Positions 30,359 to 40,404 of a stretch of DNA of 64,000 nucleotides are shown here, piece by piece. Position numbers and translations under genes: made by a program. Under the pieces are notes generated by a model. The model searched no databases and was not told where the DNA came from. It saw nothing but the letters and a program-made list of their open reading frames with translations. Source of the stretch: Candidatus Latescibacterota bacterium (GTDB taxonomy: Bacteria > Latescibacterota > UBA2968 > UBA8231); assembly GCA_965242865.1 (NCBI GenBank), contig CBDETK010000013.1, positions 3,456,001-3,520,000 of the forward strand, in the 5' to 3' direction. The first letter of the stretch is position 1. Each line of letters begins with the position of its first letter.

Positions 30359-31524
30359 TGGTCGGTCCCGTTGTAGCAAAGCGTCAGGCAGGTGACGTCG
30401 TCAAATTGAGGTGCCGCGCCGGCAAAGGTCTCGACCGCCTCAAAAACGGCCGCGTTGGTGGCGCGGACATCTTGGACGCCCTCCTTGGTACAAACCTCGC
30501 ACAGGCGCTCTAGCCCGAACTGATCGCCTTGGTCGTTTTCGGCTTCGGGGACGCCGTCGGTGTACAAAATGACGCGGTCGCCGGGCCGCAGGGTCACCGA
30601 GGTTTCTTCAAAGGTGAACTCTGGCACCACGCCGAGAGCCACCCCGCCAGTCGTTGGCAGCAGGGTCGAGCTGCCGTCGGCGTGGACCACAACCGGCGTG
30701 TTGTGCCCGCCATTGGCATAGGTAAACTCGCCGTTTGCCGGGTCGAAGGTCGCGTAAAAGACGGTTACGAACATGGCGGCGTCGTTTTCTTCTTGCAGCA
30801 GTTGATTGACTTCGCTCAAGACCTTGCCCGGCGCGTCGTGGCCGATAGCCGCGCCCTTTAGGAGGGTCCGGCTCGACATCATAAACAGGGCCGCCGGTAC
30901 GCCCTTGTCCGAGACATCGGCGACGACGACACCGATGCGGTCGTCTTCGAGGGCCAAGACATCGAAGAAATCGCCGCCAACGTCGCGCGCGGGCTTCATG
31001 CTGCCGAAAATTTCAAAGCCCGGCCCCTTGGGAAAGCTGGTGGGCAAGATCGACTGCTGCATCTTGTTGGCCACGTTGAGTTCGTTTTGCAGGGCGACCA
31101 ACTTGTCGCGCGATTCGAGCGCCTCGCGCCACAGCTCTAGATGGCGCAAGGTCCGCTGGATAGTCACCTTCATGTCCTCGAAGTCAATGGGCTTGGTGAC
31201 GAAGTCAAACGCGCCGCGGTTCATGGCCGTGCGGATGTTCTTCATGTCGCCATACGCCGAGACGATGACCGAGCGGATGTTGGGATCCACCTTGGGGATC
31301 TGCTCCAGCAAGGTGAGCCCGTCCATCCGGGGCATGTTGATATCCGAGAGCACCATGTCGATGTCTTGCTCTTCGCTTAGCACCTCTAGGGCCTCAACGC
31401 CGTTGTGGGCGAACATAAAGCTGTACTGGCCCGAGCGAATCTCGCGGCGCATGCGCTGCCTCACTAGGTGCTCTAAATCTGGCTCGTCATCAACGACGAG
31501 GATCTTGGGTCGTAAGGTTGCCAT
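30355..31524 (-). CDS. REC-SpoIIE/PP2C phosphatase (RsbU/RsbY-like)
   Basis: Receiver ILVVDDE..SDINMP.MDG..KP; PP2C motifs VGGDFFD, ADVSDKG, YTDG, DDVT. Confidence 0.92.
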   Translation of the reverse strand: MATLRPKILVVDDEPDLEHLVRQRMRREIRSGQYSFMFAHNGVEALEVLSEEQDIDMVLSDINMPRMDGLTLLEQIPKVDPNIRSVIVSAYGDMKNIRTAMNRGAFDFVTKPIDFEDMKVTIQRTLRHLELWREALESRDKLVALQNELNVANKMQQSILPTSFPKGPGFEIFGSMKPARDVGGDFFDVLALEDDRIGVVVADVSDKGVPAALFMMSSRTLLKGAAIGHDAPGKVLSEVNQLLQEENDAAMFVTVFYATFDPANGEFTYANGGHNTPVVVHADGSSTLLPTTGGVALGVVPEFTFEETSVTLRPGDRVILYTDGVPEAENDQGDQFGLERLCEVCTKEGVQDVRATNAAVFEAVETFAGAAPQFDDVTCLTLCYNGTDQ

Positions 31525-31566
31525 TTTCTTTCCAAGTTGGTTTAGCCTAACGCGGCTGTCAAAAGG

Positions 31567-32688
31567 TTAGTTGCCCGGCTCTACCACTACCTTCATGGCC
31601 TCTTCACTGCCGGTGAGGTCGAGGCCCTCGCGGATGTGGGACAGCGGCAGCCGGTGCGTAATAAAGCGATCCAAGGGCGCGGTCGTGCGGCGCAAGAAAG
31701 ATAGCGCGGTCTTGAACTGCATGGAAGGGTACGCCCACATGCCGCGAATGTCCAAATCCTTGAAGCAGACGATGTGGGGGCGGATCTCCACGGGCCCTGG
31801 GTCTGTGAAGTGCCCCACCTCTACGACGATCCCTCCTCGGCGCACCAAGTCGAGCGATTCCCTGAAGGCTACGGGTACGCCGGCTGTTTCAATGACGACG
31901 TCGGCCCCCACGCCAGCGGTCATGTCGTAGAGGGCCTGCTGCCGCTGCTCGGGGCTGCCTTCTCCCATGGCGAGCACTTGATGAGCCCCCATGGCGCGGG
32001 CGAGGTCCAACCGGGCCGCGCTCAGGTCGCCGGCGATGATCCGATCGGTGCCGATGTGGCTCAGCACCGCCACTACGAGCTGGCCGATGGGGCCGGCTCC
32101 GAGGACCAGCACGGACTTGTCGAGGCCCAACCCCTCGCCGATGTGCGGGATGCCCGGGCCCAAGGCGCGCTCTACCGCCCGGGTGGCCACGGCTGCCGGC
32201 TCGGTGAGCACGGCCCGGTCCAAAGGCAGGTCGTCGGGGATCTTGAAGAGCCACGAATGGCCCGTCAAATGCAGGTACTCGGCAAAGCCGCCGCGCGGCA
32301 TGGGTGCGAGATCGGCGGACACAAACCCGTACACAAAGCGATTGGCGCACAGCGTGGGCCGCTGGGGCGTATGCAGGCAGTAGTAGCACCGTCCACAGGC
32401 CCGCGACGAAGGCGTGGTGGTGACGCGGTCGCCGACCGCGACCGGGCCGCCCACGATGGCCAAGCTATCGGCTGCAGCCGGGCCTATCTCCTCAATGGTG
32501 CCCACTAATTCGTGGCCGGGTATTACGGGAAACGACACGGCCATGTGGCCGGCGAACAAGTGCTTGTCGCTGCCGCAGATGCCCGTGCGCTCGACCTTCA
32601 ATAGGACTTCGTCGTCTTTGATCTGGGGTTTGGGGTACGACCGCACGGCGATCTGGCCGGGGCCGGTCATAATCGCTGCCTGTATCAT
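31567..32688 (-). CDS. Zinc-binding (MDR) alcohol dehydrogenase
   Basis: GICGSD, GHE, CGRCYYC, GAGPIG. Confidence 0.9.
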   Translation of the reverse strand: MIQAAIMTGPGQIAVRSYPKPQIKDDEVLLKVERTGICGSDKHLFAGHMAVSFPVIPGHELVGTIEEIGPAAADSLAIVGGPVAVGDRVTTTPSSRACGRCYYCLHTPQRPTLCANRFVYGFVSADLAPMPRGGFAEYLHLTGHSWLFKIPDDLPLDRAVLTEPAAVATRAVERALGPGIPHIGEGLGLDKSVLVLGAGPIGQLVVAVLSHIGTDRIIAGDLSAARLDLARAMGAHQVLAMGEGSPEQRQQALYDMTAGVGADVVIETAGVPVAFRESLDLVRRGGIVVEVGHFTDPGPVEIRPHIVCFKDLDIRGMWAYPSMQFKTALSFLRRTTAPLDRFITHRLPLSHIREGLDLTGSEEAMKVVVEPGN

Positions 32689-32864
32689 GCTTTGCTTTTC
32701 CTCGACGATCCTAATAGCCATGTAGCTCACTTCCCTACGCCGATGCGGTTATAATCTACCTAACCGCCAAGGCTGGGGCAAATAGGCCAGTGCCGTGCGG
32801 CAGGCTCTTTTACACGCGACCGCTCATTCTCCGTATATTTATTGAATTTGGATTGGACCCACGC

Positions 32865-35465
32865 ATGGGATTTGTACAAACATTTGCCGACTCGCTAAAA
32901 GAAAGGCCCCGCGCCCCGCTCGGAGAGGCCCTGCGGCCGCTGTGGCGCGCTGCCCTCGCCCAGCTTGAAGCCGAGCACCGGGCCGGGGCCGACGGGCAGG
33001 TCGTGGCCCGGCAGATCGCCGAGGCCATGGACGCGGTGGTGCTGTCGATCTACCAGCGCGCCATGCCCCAGACAGCCGGCCCCCACGCGCTGGTGGCACT
33101 GGGCGGCTACGGTCGCTGCGAAATGGCCCCGCATTCCGATGTTGACTTGCTCTTCCTGTTCGTCAAAAGCGAAGACAAAGTTCCCGAAGTCGTCGCGGGC
33201 GTATTCAATCCGCTCTGGGACTTGGGGTTTGAGGTGGGGCACAGCAGTCGCACGTTGGACGATGTGGTCCGAGCAGTGCGCGAAGATCTGGAATCGCGCA
33301 CCGCGATGATGGACGGCCGCTTGCTGGCCGGCGACGCCGCGCTTTTCGCCCAGTTTCAAAAGCGGCTCTACAAGCGCGTGCCCAAGCGCACGGTTGCCGA
33401 GCTAAATCGGCTGCGCCAACTGCGCCTCCAAGCGCGGCAATCCGTCCAGCTTTTAGAGCCGAATGTCAAGGAGAGCCCCGGGGGCCTGCGCGAGATGCAG
33501 ATGTTCGAGTGGGCACTCAAAGCCAAGGCCAAAGCACCCGAATGGGGCGATTTGTGCGAGCAGTACCTCGATGGGAGCGGCGATAGCCTCGCCCGCAGCC
33601 GCGCCTTTCTCTGGCGGGTGCGGCACGCGCTCCACTTTGCCGTGGGCCGCAAGCGCGATGTGCTAGAGCACGATCTCAAGCCGCAGCTCGCGGCCTCCTT
33701 GGGCTATGCGGACCAAGGCCAAGAGCTGGCGGCCGAATGCTTTATGCGCGATTACTACCTCCATGCGCGCACCGTGTACCACCTAGTAGAACGGGCCTTC
33801 CAGCGGCTGACTCACAAGCCGCGCAACAGCAGCCGCAGCATGTATCTAGAGCGCGGGGTGGCGGCGGTGGAGGGAGAGCTCGTCCTCGCCGATGGCGCGG
33901 CGTATTTTGCCGCCGACCCCGTGCGCCTGCTAAAAATTTTCCTCACGGCTCAGACCAAAAACTTGGAATTGAGCGATCAGGCGCAGGGCGCGGTCCGCGC
34001 CAGTCTGCCGCTAATAGACGACGCATTCAGACGCCAGCCGGCAGCCCGCGACTTGTTCTTCAAAATCCTCAAGCGCAAATACCGCACCGCGCGCACCCTC
34101 CGGCGCATGCACGACTTAGGCGTCTTGGGCGCGTACCTGCCCGAGTTCGGGCGGCTGACCTGCTTGGTCCAATACGACATCTACCACATCTACACGGTCG
34201 ATGAGCACACGCTGGTCGCGCTGGAAAACTTGGAAGCCCTCGGCCAGCAGGAGGGCGGCATGTCCGCGATCCTCGCCCAATGCACGCGCCGCGACCTGCT
34301 CTTTTTCGCGGTGCTCTTGCACGACGTGGGCAAGTGGAAGCGCGACGACCACATCGCCCGGGGCATTGAGATGACCGAGGCGTTGAGCGAGCGGCTGGGG
34401 CTGGCCCCAGAGGAGCGGGCCATGCTGCGCTTCCTCGTGGAGCACCACCAAGACATGGTGCTGATCTCTAGGCGGCGCAATCTCGACGATTACGAGATGA
34501 TCGCCGAGTTCGCCGGGCTGTTCGCCAACGCGGAATGGCTGCGGGCGCTCTACTTGGTTTCGTATGCCGACCTGTCGGCCGTCGCGCCCGATGCTTGGAC
34601 CGACTGGCAAGGGGCCTTGCTGTGGGAATTGTACTACAAGACGGCCGAGCAATTGCACTCGGACATGCAGGCCCTAGAGGCCAAACAACGCGCTCGGCAG
34701 GTGCTCGACGAGCACCTCGATCACATTGAGGGCCGCTGGTCGGCCCAGCGAGTCGTCCAGTTCCAAGAACACATCGAGCTGCTGGCCCCCAGCTACTTGG
34801 TGGCTTACAACCGCGCCCAGATCAAAGTGCATCTGGCGATGATCGCTCGCCTGAGCCGGGAGCGGCCTTTTGTCGTGGAGTTTATTGAGCACGAGGGGCA
34901 CACCGAGATCGTGGTCTGCACCCGCGACCAGCGCCAGCTCATGGCCAAGATCTGCGGTGCCTTGGCCGTCAACGACATCAACATCCTCCGCGCTGATGTC
35001 AACACCCGCGCCGACGAGGTCGTGCTTGACATTTTCCAAGTGACCGACATCGGCGGCAGCCCGGTGCTGCCCGACTGGAAGAAGGAGCGCGTGCGCGAGC
35101 GGGTGGCCGAGGTCATCTCGCTGCGGCTCAAGGCCCGCGACTTGCTGGAGCGGTACAGCAGCAGTTGGGACCGCCGCCGCCGGCAGCGGCAGTACGACCA
35201 GCCGCCTCGCATCGCGCTCGACAACCAGATTTCGGCCCGCTATACGGTCGTCGATATCGAAGCCCAAGACGATGTGGGCCTGCTCTACCGAATCGCGTAC
35301 CTGCTGGGCGAGCTGGGGCTCAACATTCACCGCGCCATTATCAACACGGTCGCGGCGCGCGCCCAAGACGCCTTCTACATCGTCGATGCCGAGGGACAGA
35401 AGATCGCCAGCCCCGAAGAGCTCGACCGAATACAGGAGTACCTGCTCGACGGGCTGGCGTCTTGA
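32865..35465 (+). CDS. glnD: [PII] uridylyltransferase / uridylyl-removing enzyme
   Basis: GGYGR..MAPHSDVDLL, NVKESPGGLR, HIYTVDEH, LLHDVGK, two C-terminal ACT domains. Confidence 0.93.
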   Translation: MGFVQTFADSLKERPRAPLGEALRPLWRAALAQLEAEHRAGADGQVVARQIAEAMDAVVLSIYQRAMPQTAGPHALVALGGYGRCEMAPHSDVDLLFLFVKSEDKVPEVVAGVFNPLWDLGFEVGHSSRTLDDVVRAVREDLESRTAMMDGRLLAGDAALFAQFQKRLYKRVPKRTVAELNRLRQLRLQARQSVQLLEPNVKESPGGLREMQMFEWALKAKAKAPEWGDLCEQYLDGSGDSLARSRAFLWRVRHALHFAVGRKRDVLEHDLKPQLAASLGYADQGQELAAECFMRDYYLHARTVYHLVERAFQRLTHKPRNSSRSMYLERGVAAVEGELVLADGAAYFAADPVRLLKIFLTAQTKNLELSDQAQGAVRASLPLIDDAFRRQPAARDLFFKILKRKYRTARTLRRMHDLGVLGAYLPEFGRLTCLVQYDIYHIYTVDEHTLVALENLEALGQQEGGMSAILAQCTRRDLLFFAVLLHDVGKWKRDDHIARGIEMTEALSERLGLAPEERAMLRFLVEHHQDMVLISRRRNLDDYEMIAEFAGLFANAEWLRALYLVSYADLSAVAPDAWTDWQGALLWELYYKTAEQLHSDMQALEAKQRARQVLDEHLDHIEGRWSAQRVVQFQEHIELLAPSYLVAYNRAQIKVHLAMIARLSRERPFVVEFIEHEGHTEIVVCTRDQRQLMAKICGALAVNDINILRADVNTRADEVVLDIFQVTDIGGSPVLPDWKKERVRERVAEVISLRLKARDLLERYSSSWDRRRRQRQYDQPPRIALDNQISARYTVVDIEAQDDVGLLYRIAYLLGELGLNIHRAIINTVAARAQDAFYIVDAEGQKIASPEELDRIQEYLLDGLAS

Positions 35466-35504
35466 GTAGCCTGCCGCGGGAACCCATTCACTGAGGAGAA
35501 TCGA

Positions 35505-35930
35505 ATGTCAGAACACCCCGAGCCAACCTGCCAAGTGATTCGCCGCCGAGCAACCTACGAAGGCAAACAGGCACTCACGTATATTTCGGGGATCGCGGCC
35601 GAAACCACCGGCGCGCAGAGGATTTGCATGCACCTGCTGAACATGCCCCCTAAAGAACGGGCCAAGGCCCACCTGCACGAAAACCACGAAACCGCTATTT
35701 ACATCATCAGCGGCCAAGCTGGAATGTGGTATGGCGAGCGGTTGGAGGAGCATCAATACGTCAGTAGCGGCGACTTTGTTTACATCCCTTCCGGCATCCC
35801 TCACCTGCCCTACAATCCCAGCGCGACAGAAACCTGCACTGCGGTGATCGCCCGGACGGACCCCAACGAACAAGAGAGCGTTAAACTCTTGCCCGAACTG
35901 GACGAGATCCGCCGCTCCTTGGACCGCTGA
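35505..35930 (+). CDS. Cupin domain protein
   Basis: AHLHENHETAIY and GDFVYIPSGIPH cupin motifs. Confidence 0.85.
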   Translation: MSEHPEPTCQVIRRRATYEGKQALTYISGIAAETTGAQRICMHLLNMPPKERAKAHLHENHETAIYIISGQAGMWYGERLEEHQYVSSGDFVYIPSGIPHLPYNPSATETCTAVIARTDPNEQESVKLLPELDEIRRSLDR

Positions 35931-36046
35931 CCGCACGAGCATATCGCATCTTGATTGAGTACTATGGGCAAAAAAGGCCGTGGCGCACCCTGACCCTGAC
36001 CACTATACTAAGAATAACAACGTAAGTGATTGTTTTTATTAAATTT

Positions 36047-38059
36047 ATGAGAATGGGGGGGGGGGGGAGATTTACTCTCTCCACATTCGAGTGGATCGCC
36101 CGGTTCTGGCGCGACCCCTTCGCGCTGCTCATCGTCGTCCTCGCCGGGCTGGGCACCGCCCACATCCTCGTCCGCACCGCCACCTACGGCGCGAAGGTCA
36201 TGTACGACTCTGTAATTTTTCTGTCCACGGCCATGAACTTCCTCGCAGGAGAGGGCTGGCAGGATTTCTGGGGCAACCCAATGGTGTTTTCCCCGCCCTT
36301 GTTCCCCTTGCTGCTAGCGGCCTTGGGGTGGGTTGGCCTCGATCCGGTAGCGGCGAGTCGGTGGGTCAACGCCACCGCCTTCGGGCTGACCATCTTGGCA
36401 GCCGGCCTCTATCTGCGCTCGCATCTCCGGTCGCGGGGACTGGCACTAGCCGCCACCGCGACTATCGCAGCCTCCCTGCCCTTGAGCCATTGGGCGTCAG
36501 AGGTCAGGAACGATCCCCTCTTCGCCCTGTTTACGCTCCTCGCCTTGATCCAATGGGCGTCCTTCCTGCATCGCGGCGGGCGGACGCCCCTGCTGGCGGC
36601 GGTTTGCACCGCGCTGGTCGCGCTGACCCGCTACCCGGGCGTGGTGCTGATCGGCATCGGCGTCCTGCTGTTGCTGGTGCGGCGCAAACCGCCGCTGGCC
36701 GCCCGGTTGAAAGACGCCGTTGTATTTGGGACCATCTCATCCTTGCCCCTCGCGGGGGTGATGACGCGCAACTGGGCGGTCTCCGGGAGCCTGACCGCGA
36801 GGAAAGGCGGGTCGGAGCAGTCCCTGTCCGATTCGCTGAGCCAAGTGGTGGATGTATTCCGGGAATGGGCGATTCCCCCGAATGCGCCGGACGGGTTTAG
36901 TTTTCTCCTGTGGACCGTGGCCGGGCTGGTGGTGGCAGCGGGGGCGATCGTCGTTGGGTCTCGGCTTGGCGGGACGGACGGAGGGGCAACGGAGCGGACT
37001 GCGTCGCCGCGCATGGGGTTGGGGCCGGTGCTCCCATTCGGGGTGTTCGCCCTAGCCTACCTCATATTTATCGTCGCTGTCGTACCCCTTGCGGTTAAAC
37101 AGGTCATCGACAGCCGCTACCTACTGCCGGTGTATGTGCCGCTGCTGGTGGTGCTCGCGTTGCTGTTAGACCGGTTCCTGTCCATCGGGGCGGCGGGTCG
37201 GAGCGCCACCATTCGCTACGGTCTGGCGTGCCTCGTCTTGCTGGCCGCTCTCGCCCACATCGGCTTCTCGGCGCACAGGAATCTCCGTATTACCCGCCAA
37301 GCATGGAGAGCCGGGTTTGAATACTTGACGATCAATGGCTCCTACTGGGAACCTTCCGAGACCCTGAATTACATCAGAACCAACCTTCGCGAGGGCAGAA
37401 TTTATAGCAACAACGCTTACCTTACTTGGTGGTGGGATCGGGATCGGACCGCCGCCTTGGGAAGGCACAAGTTTCTCCCGTGGTTTCGCAAGTTGATGCC
37501 GCTCATAATGCGATGGCCCGACGATGCTCATATCGTTTGGCTCCAGAATGAAAGGGCTTTTTACGACTACGACGCCTTGGACCTCCGCTGCCTGCCCGGC
37601 GTGGAACCCGTGGCCGAGCTATCCGACGGGGTGGTGTTCCGCCTAACGACCGCGGCGACCGAACCGTTCGACGCGGAAAGGCATCGCGCCTGCAAACAAT
37701 CCTACGTGGACCAACTCCTCGCACAGGTCGGCGAGCGGGTCGTCCGCTCCGACTGGGACGTGTACCGCAACGGACGCAAGCTGACGTACCTCAAACAGCC
37801 GTGTGCTTCCGCCGACACGCAGGCCAAGTTCGTTTTGCACGTCACCCCGGCCGACCCGGGCGGCCTTTCGCGCTCCCGCCAGCGGTACGGCTTTGACAAC
37901 CTCGGCTTTCATTTCAACTGGCGCGGCATTCGGCGCGGCGACCAGTGTATCGCGATCGCGCATCTGCCCGCCTACGCCATCAACCGCATCCGGGTCGGCC
38001 AGTGGATTGCCAACGAGAACCGCACCCTCTGGGACGCGGAGTTTTCGCCGAGCCAGTGA
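36047..38059 (+). CDS. Polytopic GT-C fold (PMT/ArnT-like) glycosyltransferase-like membrane protein with extracellular C-terminal domain
   Basis: About 11 TMs; YDS..F..A.N...G.G, PPLFPLLLA, LTRYPG, RYLLP; hydrophilic C-terminus. Start uncertain (36026, 36047 or 36053). Confidence 0.65.
   Translation: MRMGGGGRFTLSTFEWIARFWRDPFALLIVVLAGLGTAHILVRTATYGAKVMYDSVIFLSTAMNFLAGEGWQDFWGNPMVFSPPLFPLLLAALGWVGLDPVAASRWVNATAFGLTILAAGLYLRSHLRSRGLALAATATIAASLPLSHWASEVRNDPLFALFTLLALIQWASFLHRGGRTPLLAAVCTALVALTRYPGVVLIGIGVLLLLVRRKPPLAARLKDAVVFGTISSLPLAGVMTRNWAVSGSLTARKGGSEQSLSDSLSQVVDVFREWAIPPNAPDGFSFLLWTVAGLVVAAGAIVVGSRLGGTDGGATERTASPRMGLGPVLPFGVFALAYLIFIVAVVPLAVKQVIDSRYLLPVYVPLLVVLALLLDRFLSIGAAGRSATIRYGLACLVLLAALAHIGFSAHRNLRITRQAWRAGFEYLTINGSYWEPSETLNYIRTNLREGRIYSNNAYLTWWWDRDRTAALGRHKFLPWFRKLMPLIMRWPDDAHIVWLQNERAFYDYDALDLRCLPGVEPVAELSDGVVFRLTTAATEPFDAERHRACKQSYVDQLLAQVGERVVRSDWDVYRNGRKLTYLKQPCASADTQAKFVLHVTPADPGGLSRSRQRYGFDNLGFHFNWRGIRRGDQCIAIAHLPAYAINRIRVGQWIANENRTLWDAEFSPSQ
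36055..36067 (+). repeat. G13 homopolymer at the start of the CDS
   Basis: ATG followed by 12 more G, then AGA; currently in frame (MGGGGRF). Confidence 0.9.
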
Positions 38060-38130
38060 TGGTCGCCAAGGAACGCGCCGACCTCCCCGTCTAGGCCCAT
38101 GAGCGCCCTCGACGAAGCCCCGCAAAACGC

Positions 38131-40020
38131 CTAGCGCAAAAAGAGCAGCTTGCGCGTCAGTTCCACGCCTTGGGTCTCCAAGCGATAGAGATACACGCCG
38201 CTGGCTACGACGCGGCCGCTGTGGTCGCGCCCATCCCAAGCGACTTCGCCGTATCCGGCCGCCGCTTGGTCGGTGGCGAGGGTGCGAACCTTCTGCCCGT
38301 GGAGATTGTAGATGCGTAGGGCGACGGGCGCGGAGTCGGGCGCGATAAAGGGCAAGATCGTGCCCGCATTGAAGGGGTTGGGATAGTTGGGCAAGAGGGA
38401 CCAGCTAGTCGGAGTGGGGCCGGCGGTAGCTGCTATGGCCGTGGAGAAGGCGCGGAGGACCTGCGGCGGCCCAGATGTGGTTAGCCGCTCAACGACCGCG
38501 GCGGCCGGCTCGCCGACGAGTGGGAGCGGGAGCGGATCTATGAGGTCGGTAAAGGGGCGGGAGCGGAACTCGCGGCCATCGTACAGGGTAATGACCACCT
38601 CCCATTCCTCCTCGGGTCGCGTGTCCCCCAAGTCGTCGGAGCAGTCGGTCCGCAGGTCGGCCGAGCGGACTTGGCTGACGTCGGGCAGGTCGGGATTGTA
38701 CGCGAACATGGGGTCGAGAGTCATCTCGTCGGCCGAGAGGGTGGTATAAAGCCGGGTGAGATAGGGCTTTTCCTCTAAGAATTGTCGGATGCCTTCCAGC
38801 GGCTCGACCACGATGCGCTGCAAGTCGTCGGCAAAGGCGTTGGCGTCAAAGGCGAAGTCGGCGAGATAGCGGTCGTAAGTACGCATGTTGTTGTAGAAGG
38901 AGCGTTCGGCGGTGTCTTGGAGCCAGCCTTCCTCCTGTGCTCGCTCGTAGGCTTTACGGTCGCCGGCAAATACCATTTCAAGCACACCTTCTGTGAGCAC
39001 GGCTGGCGGTATGGGGATGTGGCGGCGGATCAGGGTTTGCATCTGGGCGTCGCTGGGGAAACCCTGCCATAAAGCCGCGTTGAGAAAGTCGGCCGGGTGC
39101 GTCTGCCTGCGTAGCTCCGCTAGATCGAACTCCCAAAAGAAAAAGTTGCGGACGATGGTGCTAGGACCGGCGTAATCCGTGACAAAGGCTTGGCCTCCGG
39201 CCTCATTGGCGGCTTGGGTGACGACTTCCGGGTAGTTGAAGCCGCGGTCGAACCAATCGATGAGGGCTTCGTTGATCTGCACGTGCAGGTAGTTTTGCGG
39301 GATGGCGCGGTGCTCACCCAAGATATATGTCAAGATGCCTAGGTCCGGCTCGGTGGCTACTGCGGTGAGGCGGATGGGGATGCCGGGCGCATCGGCCGCA
39401 TAAGTTACGGCGATGGGTTGCAGGTCGCCGACATCGCGGTCTGGCGCGAGCTTGAGGGCCAAAAAGTAAAAGCCCTCTTCCACATAAGGCGTCAAAAGCT
39501 CAACCCCAAGCTCGCCGAGTTGATAGCCGTTGTCCACGAGCCAATCGACAATGGCCTGGGCGTCGTCCGAGGAAATGACCGCGGTGTGGTAGGGGCCAAT
39601 CTGTTCTTGGGCGACCACTTCAACTGAAGGGGGACCGGAGACTCCCACACCAGCGCAGGTTGAGCAACTCTCTGGGAAAATGAAATCGTAGAAATGGTTA
39701 TCGTAGCAGCCCCCCTCATCCACAAAGTTCAGTTGAAAGTCGGGCTGAGTTGCGCCCTGCAACTGGGCGAAAATTTGGTTGTGGCTGACGGCGAGTTCGG
39801 GCACGGCCGGCAGGGGCAACACCCACGCAAAGTCCGCGGCCGTGCCGCTGTACTGGATCTGGACGTGAGTAGTGACCGTGCCTTCCCCTTGGATGAAGAG
39901 GATGTTTTCAGCGACTTGATTCATGGGGACCGTGGTGCAGAAGAAGCCGCCGCAGGCGCGGGCGGCCGGGACGCTGAGCACCAAAGACAACCATAGAAAA
40001 AACAAGCATTTTGCGAGCAT
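38131..40020 (-). CDS. Secreted DUF2330-like protein with C-terminal FlgD-Ig/T9SS-like domain
   Basis: Signal peptide then [37 protein letters not shown]; tail PNYPNPFN...GVYLYRL. Confidence 0.75.
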   Translation of the reverse strand: MLAKCLFFLWLSLVLSVPAARACGGFFCTTVPMNQVAENILFIQGEGTVTTHVQIQYSGTAADFAWVLPLPAVPELAVSHNQIFAQLQGATQPDFQLNFVDEGGCYDNHFYDFIFPESCSTCAGVGVSGPPSVEVVAQEQIGPYHTAVISSDDAQAIVDWLVDNGYQLGELGVELLTPYVEEGFYFLALKLAPDRDVGDLQPIAVTYAADAPGIPIRLTAVATEPDLGILTYILGEHRAIPQNYLHVQINEALIDWFDRGFNYPEVVTQAANEAGGQAFVTDYAGPSTIVRNFFFWEFDLAELRRQTHPADFLNAALWQGFPSDAQMQTLIRRHIPIPPAVLTEGVLEMVFAGDRKAYERAQEEGWLQDTAERSFYNNMRTYDRYLADFAFDANAFADDLQRIVVEPLEGIRQFLEEKPYLTRLYTTLSADEMTLDPMFAYNPDLPDVSQVRSADLRTDCSDDLGDTRPEEEWEVVITLYDGREFRSRPFTDLIDPLPLPLVGEPAAAVVERLTTSGPPQVLRAFSTAIAATAGPTPTSWSLLPNYPNPFNAGTILPFIAPDSAPVALRIYNLHGQKVRTLATDQAAAGYGEVAWDGRDHSGRVVASGVYLYRLETQGVELTRKLLFLR

Positions 40021-40032
40021 AATGCCCTCCTG

Positions 40033-40404
40033 TTAGAAAACCTGCTTGGTCCGCCCCAACTCCTCGGCGTCAATCCACTGGCGCAACACCGCTCCCGAGC
40101 GCGCCAATAGCTCCCGATAGGGCCGCTGCAAGCGTTTGGGGAACTTAACCGCGCTGCGCCCCTTCATGGCGTAGTCGGGCTTCGGCGGCCCGTTGGTCAC
40201 ACTGGTGGGCCGGGTCACGCGCTCTTGCCGCCGCTCCTGCCAAGTCTTGCTCAGGGCCGCGCTAAACCCGTGCTGGCGGCACCACACCTTGTAGGCTTCA
40301 ATCGCCGCTAGGCCCAGCGACGCTAAATGGGTGCCCAACTCGGCATTGGCGCGGGCGGTCGCGCCTCGCGGGCGGCCCTTTTTGCGCCTCGTTCCCTTAG
40401 CCAT
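40033..40404 (-). pseudogene. Short protein, probably an internally deleted PcfJ-domain protein homolog
   Basis: HLASLGL..IEAYKVWCRQHGFS..L.K.WQER, then YAMKGRS, then LRQW...EEL; these resemble the N-terminal, middle and C-terminal segments of longer PcfJ-type proteins (recalled, not searched). Confidence 0.4.
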
